Source of the DNA: Eledone cirrhosa
Lineage: Eukaryota
Assembly: GCA_964016885.1 (NCBI GenBank)
Contig: OZ024761.1
Location: forward strand, 5,084,001 to 5,148,000
Direction of reading: 5' to 3'
DNA: 64,000 nt
A model generated the notes under the pieces. That model made no database searches. It saw nothing but the letters and a program-made list of their open reading frames with translations, and was not told the DNA's origin. Below, one piece after another: positions 59,407-64,000 of the stretch (position 1 is the first letter of the stretch; each line of letters begins with the position of its first letter). The translations under genes were made by a program, and so were the position numbers.

Positions 59407-59814
59407 CTGATTGTACCATTGGTTTATATACAGTATATATAATATATATATACAGTATATATAATATATACAGTATATATAGTATATAAAATATATATAT
59501 ATATGACCAATAGATAGTATTAACAATTGGAAAGAGCAATGGAAACATTGTTTCCTCAGTCCGATTTGACGAAAGTCGATCGATTGTCGATATATATATA
59601 AACCCATACTAACATAGAAGATAGACATTAAACGATGATGATGATGATGTATGTGTGTGCATATATATATATATGCGTGTGTGTGTGTATTTATGTATAT
59701 ATATATATGAGTGCGTGTATATATATGTGTGTGTATGTGTGTATTTATGTATATATATGTGTGTGTGTGTATGTATATATATGTGTGTGTATTTACGTAT
59801 ATATATATGTGTGT

Positions 59815-62800
59815 GTCATCATCATCATCATCATCTTCGTTTAACGTCCATCTTCCACGCTAACATGGGTTAGACGGGAGTTGTCCCACTTGAGGCAAGG
59901 TTGGTCGGGTGACCGTGTCTCGCTCATATAGGACTATCTGGCAGGTTTTCTACGGCTGGATGCCCTTCCTAACACCAACCACATTTACAGTGTGGAACTA
60001 GGAACTTTTTACCGTGTTACCTACACGGCCACATTACAGCGTGGACTGTGTGTTTTTTTTTCGTGACCCCTACACGATCTCGAGCGGGAGGATAGGGTAG
60101 AGGTAGTGGATTGGGGTGTATATTTGGTTAAGAGGTGCCTACTGACTGTAGGTTTCGCTTTGTACATAGGCAAGGTGGATCTTCTGTATTACTGCGTAGT
60201 GCCAAAGATCTCGGTCCAGTGACATTGTCTTAGAGAGGTGTGTGTGAGGTCGGAATTTATCAGATCGTCCCAGGTTTTTCTGGGTCTTCCTACTCCATAA
60301 CTACCATCAATTTTTATTGCCCTGCACTTTTTTATACAGCTGTCGTCTTTCATGCGCATCACGTGGCCATACCAACGTAGTCTTCTCTCAAGTAAACAGC
60401 ATCTGATTCCTCATATTCCTAATTTCTCACTTAGTTCATTTATGCTTTGCCGTTCACGTATATTACTATTACAGATCCAACGGAGCATGCATGCTTCGTT
60501 CCGTTCCAGTCTGCTCAGGTCCTCTGCACGCAATGCCCATGTCTCACTGCCATGTAGCATTGCTGTTCGTATACAAGCATCATACAATCTGCCTTTCATT
60601 TTGAAACCTTTTGTGGCCAACAGCGGTATAAGCTCTCTGAACTTTTTCCATCCCGTTCTGACTTTGGTTACTGTACTTTCAGAACACCCTCCTCCACTGC
60701 TGATTTTGTCACCCAGGTAACGGAAAGTGTCTACTATTTCTATAGAACCATCTGGGCAATAGAAAGAGCTAGTATCCTGTGGACACCTGCTACCTATTGC
60801 ACCTGAGCATCGGCCACATATAAAGTCTACATTCTTAGATAGTTTACCTGTGATCCCACTACATCTTTTATGTACCCATACTTTGCATTTGGGACATAAA
60901 ATTGAATTTCTGCCTACTCCCTTTGTACACACTGAGCATGGCCATTTCCCTGAGGGTACCTGTGCCTTATTTTCCTTTCTACAAACTAGGACTTTAGTCT
61001 TAAACAAGTTAGCTTTAAGGCCTTTTGATTCTAAGCCATGCTTCCATGTTTGGAATTTCTTCTCTAGTTCACCCATTGATTCAGCTATGAGCATTAGATC
61101 ATTTGCGTATAGGAGTTCCCATGGGCAGCCGGTCTTGAACTCCTCTGTAATAGCTTGAAGGGCAATAATAAATAGGAGGGGGCTAAGGACAGAGCCTTGG
61201 TGAACACCAACTTTTACACTAAATTCTTCACAATATTCATTGTTAATTCTAACCTTACTGACTGTTTCATTATACATGGCTTGTATAGCTCTCACAAGTC
61301 ATTCATCTACACCTAGTTTTCTAAGAGCCCACCAGATAATGGAGTGGGGGACTCTGTCAAAGGCTTTCTCCAGGTCTACAAAAGTTAAGTAGAGGGGTTT
61401 ACTTTCAGCTAGGTACTTCTCTTGTAGTTGTCGTACAAGGAAAAGAGCGTATGTGGTACTTTTACCTGACACAAACCCAAACTGCATTTCATCTAGATCA
61501 ATTTGCTCTCTGATTAGTTGCGCTATAACTCTTTATGTGACCTTCATGACCTGGTCAACTAACTTAATGCCTCTATAGTTTCCTCTATCTAGAGCATCTC
61601 CTTTACCCTTGTAGCAGTTAATGATGATGCTACTACGCCAGTCTTTTGGTATGACCCCATTCTGTATTACTTGGTTAACTATACGGGTGACCATAGTATG
61701 TCTCATCATTCCAGATGCCTTCAACATCTCAGCAACTATCTCCGAAGGCCCAGCTGCCTTGCCTGTCTTCATATCTTTGATTGCCTTACTTATTATACTA
61801 CCTTTAACTTGCACCGCTGGTCCTTCTATTGGATCGATTTGGGGCAGACTATCTTTTTCCTACTTATGCTCCGCATTTAATAGTCTCTCGTAGTGACACT
61901 TCCAGGCTATGTTATCAGTATCAGTGAGGGCAAGTACACCGTTATCATTACGGACACACTTCTCCTCGACAATATCACAGTTTTCCTTGACACATTGTCT
62001 TGCAATCCTGAACACCTCACGTTTTTGGTCCTCGCGTTGTAGAACATGCTTTTGCAAGGTACACTTGTCTCCTAGCTTTTCTCCTGGCCACTTGATAGTG
62101 CTCTCTACTTCCCCCATCCTGCCATACTTTCCAAGCCTGCTTTTTGGCCTTGATTGTCTCTTCTACCTTACTGTTCCACCACCAAGTTACTCTGCTCCTG
62201 CCAATAGGTCTGCTCCAGCCACAGATTTCATCCGTTGCTTTCAGCAGGTTCACTTTCAAGAATTGCCACTTTTCCTCTATATCGCACGTCTCTAATTGCT
62301 CTTCCTTATTGTCAAAGGCATCAAGTAATAAGCTTTTAAATTTGTCACTGGCTATAGGGTCCTTCAACTTCCATATTCTTCTCCTCATGGTAAGCCTCCT
62401 CTGTCGTCGAGTACGTCTATTCCTGACTATGAGGTCACTAACTACTAGGCTATGTTGGGAGGTGCATTCTTCACGGGGGAGGGATTTAGTGTTTACAACA
62501 CTTTGTCCCGTCTTCTAGTAAGGATATAATCTATCTGGCTGGCGTGTTCCCCTGATCTATAGGTGATCAAGTGGTTTTCACATTTTTTGAAGTTTGTGTT
62601 ACAGATAGATAGGTTATTGGCGTCACAGAATTCCAGGATTCTGAAGCCTTCCTCATTTCTATTTCCAACCCCATAGCCTCCATGGATTCCATCATAGCCA
62701 TCACTATGTTGTCCAACGTGGCCGTTTAGATCGCCAGCAATAATTAAGTAGTCGCTGTTGGTTATTTGGGAGGTAGTGTGCATTAGCATCTCATAGAACC

Positions 62801-63310
62801 TGTCCTTTATAACGTCAGGTAGACCAGATTGGGGTGCATAAGCGGATATTATTGTCACGGTAGTTCTATTTAGAACTAGCCTTATTTTAAATATTCTGTC
62901 ATTTACTCTATTTACGTCATTACCTTATCTACCCATTTTTCAGCTAACATAATTCCTACACTACCCTGTCCGTTGTAATTTCCCACCCAGAAAAGTTTAT
63001 AGAATCGTTTTTTACCCACGATGAATCTGGCAGATCCCCCTCTCCACCTAGTCTCGTGAATACAACAAACATCAACTTCTTTACGTTCAAGCATCTCTAC
63101 AACCTCATTTGAGCGACCTTTCAATGTGCCTACGTTCATGGTACCAACTCTGAAATTGGGAGGGTGGGATGGATGGGTTGGAGGGGCAGGGAGGGGTGTG
63201 GGAGACGGAATTATGTTGGTCATTCGTGTCTGAAATAGAGAGGGGTCCTTGTATTCTCGTCCTGCAGCGTGAGGTGAATTTATCTTTATCTGTGACATTG
63301 TCATTGAGTG
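59815..63310 (-). mobile_element. Near full-length degenerate RTE-clade LINE (family B): AP endonuclease + RT + long 3'UTR
   Basis: Broken ORFs [54 protein letters not shown]; (ATG)n tail; multiple stops and frameshifts. Confidence 0.92.
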
Positions 63311-64000
63311 CTTAGACTTTCCAAATCTCCGCAGTCAACCCATCAAACAGGTCTAAACTTAAGGAGTAGTAACCGCGGCGGTAGCTTTGCTATACTGATT
63401 TGTTAGGGAACTTACTAAAGCCGCTGAGTTATGATTGGACCAGTAGCAATGGTGGTGTGTGGGGGTGGGAGGGCGGGAAATGGGTAACTTTAGGAGAAGG
63501 TTAGTTTTTAGGAAGGGTCCAACAGAATGAGACAAATTATTGAAAACATGTAAAATATTAATTGAAAATCCGAGAGAAACAAACGGGGAATTTGAATTTT
63601 AGACTGGCATAACTAGGAGTTTAAAACATTGCTCATTGGGAAGACTACAGATAATAGAAAGACAAGTAATTTGCTTACATTCTCAAAATCAACAGATTGT
63701 CTGTAAGATAATTTAGATAGATAAATTCTGTCCTTGGGAACCAGCAAGATTTATTTTATACTTGCGATCAGGGGGGGGGGGGGGGGGGGGGGGGGGTATG
63801 AGAGAAGGAGCAAAGTGTTTACAAAGTTAGCGAGCGAGATGCAGGAAGGTTCTAGAATAATTAATTAATTACTACTACTAGAAGGTATTTGTATATATAT
63901 ATTTAAAGATATTTTGCTCAACGCCTACGATTTAAAGATATTTTGCTCAACGCCTATGACAGTAAAGAAGAACAGATAGAGACATTTAATGTAGAAGAGA

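Noticed and set aside
59815-63310. Potentially active LINE
   Set aside because: The ORF is broken into at least six pieces by stops and frameshifts, and the catalytic YADD reads YAND

Overview
This is AT-rich, microsatellite- and transposon-dense eukaryotic DNA. The SINE/RTE/CR1 repertoire suggests an invertebrate, probably a coleoid cephalopod such as Octopus (inference only). Two spliced host genes that the ORF track does not assemble were reconstructed by hand from GT-AG exons. On the minus strand are 10 coding exons (199 aa, start at 32291, running off the left edge) of a TatD-family nuclease closely resembling TATDN3. On the plus strand are 4 coding exons (176 aa, start at 35451, probably incomplete) of a divergent NSL1/Mis14 kinetochore protein. 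The two lie head-to-head, as NSL1 and TATDN3 do in human, but ~3 kb of transposon insertions separate them here. The introns hold degenerate RTE, CR1 and CRE-like LINEs, two tRNA-derived SINE families, piggyBac-, pogo-, mariner- and hAT-like elements, Helitron-like ends and many minisatellites. The most unusual signals are: (i) fold-back elements, mostly beside (TA)n tracts, several carrying Penelope-type minimal hammerhead ribozyme motifs; (ii) a minisatellite made of 18 copies of a TATDN3 exon-intron junction, each an AG|GT recursive-splice-like site; (iii) an NSL1 splice acceptor fused to a CR1 truncation point. Nearly all long ORFs in the track are repeat artefacts or dead retroelement fragments.
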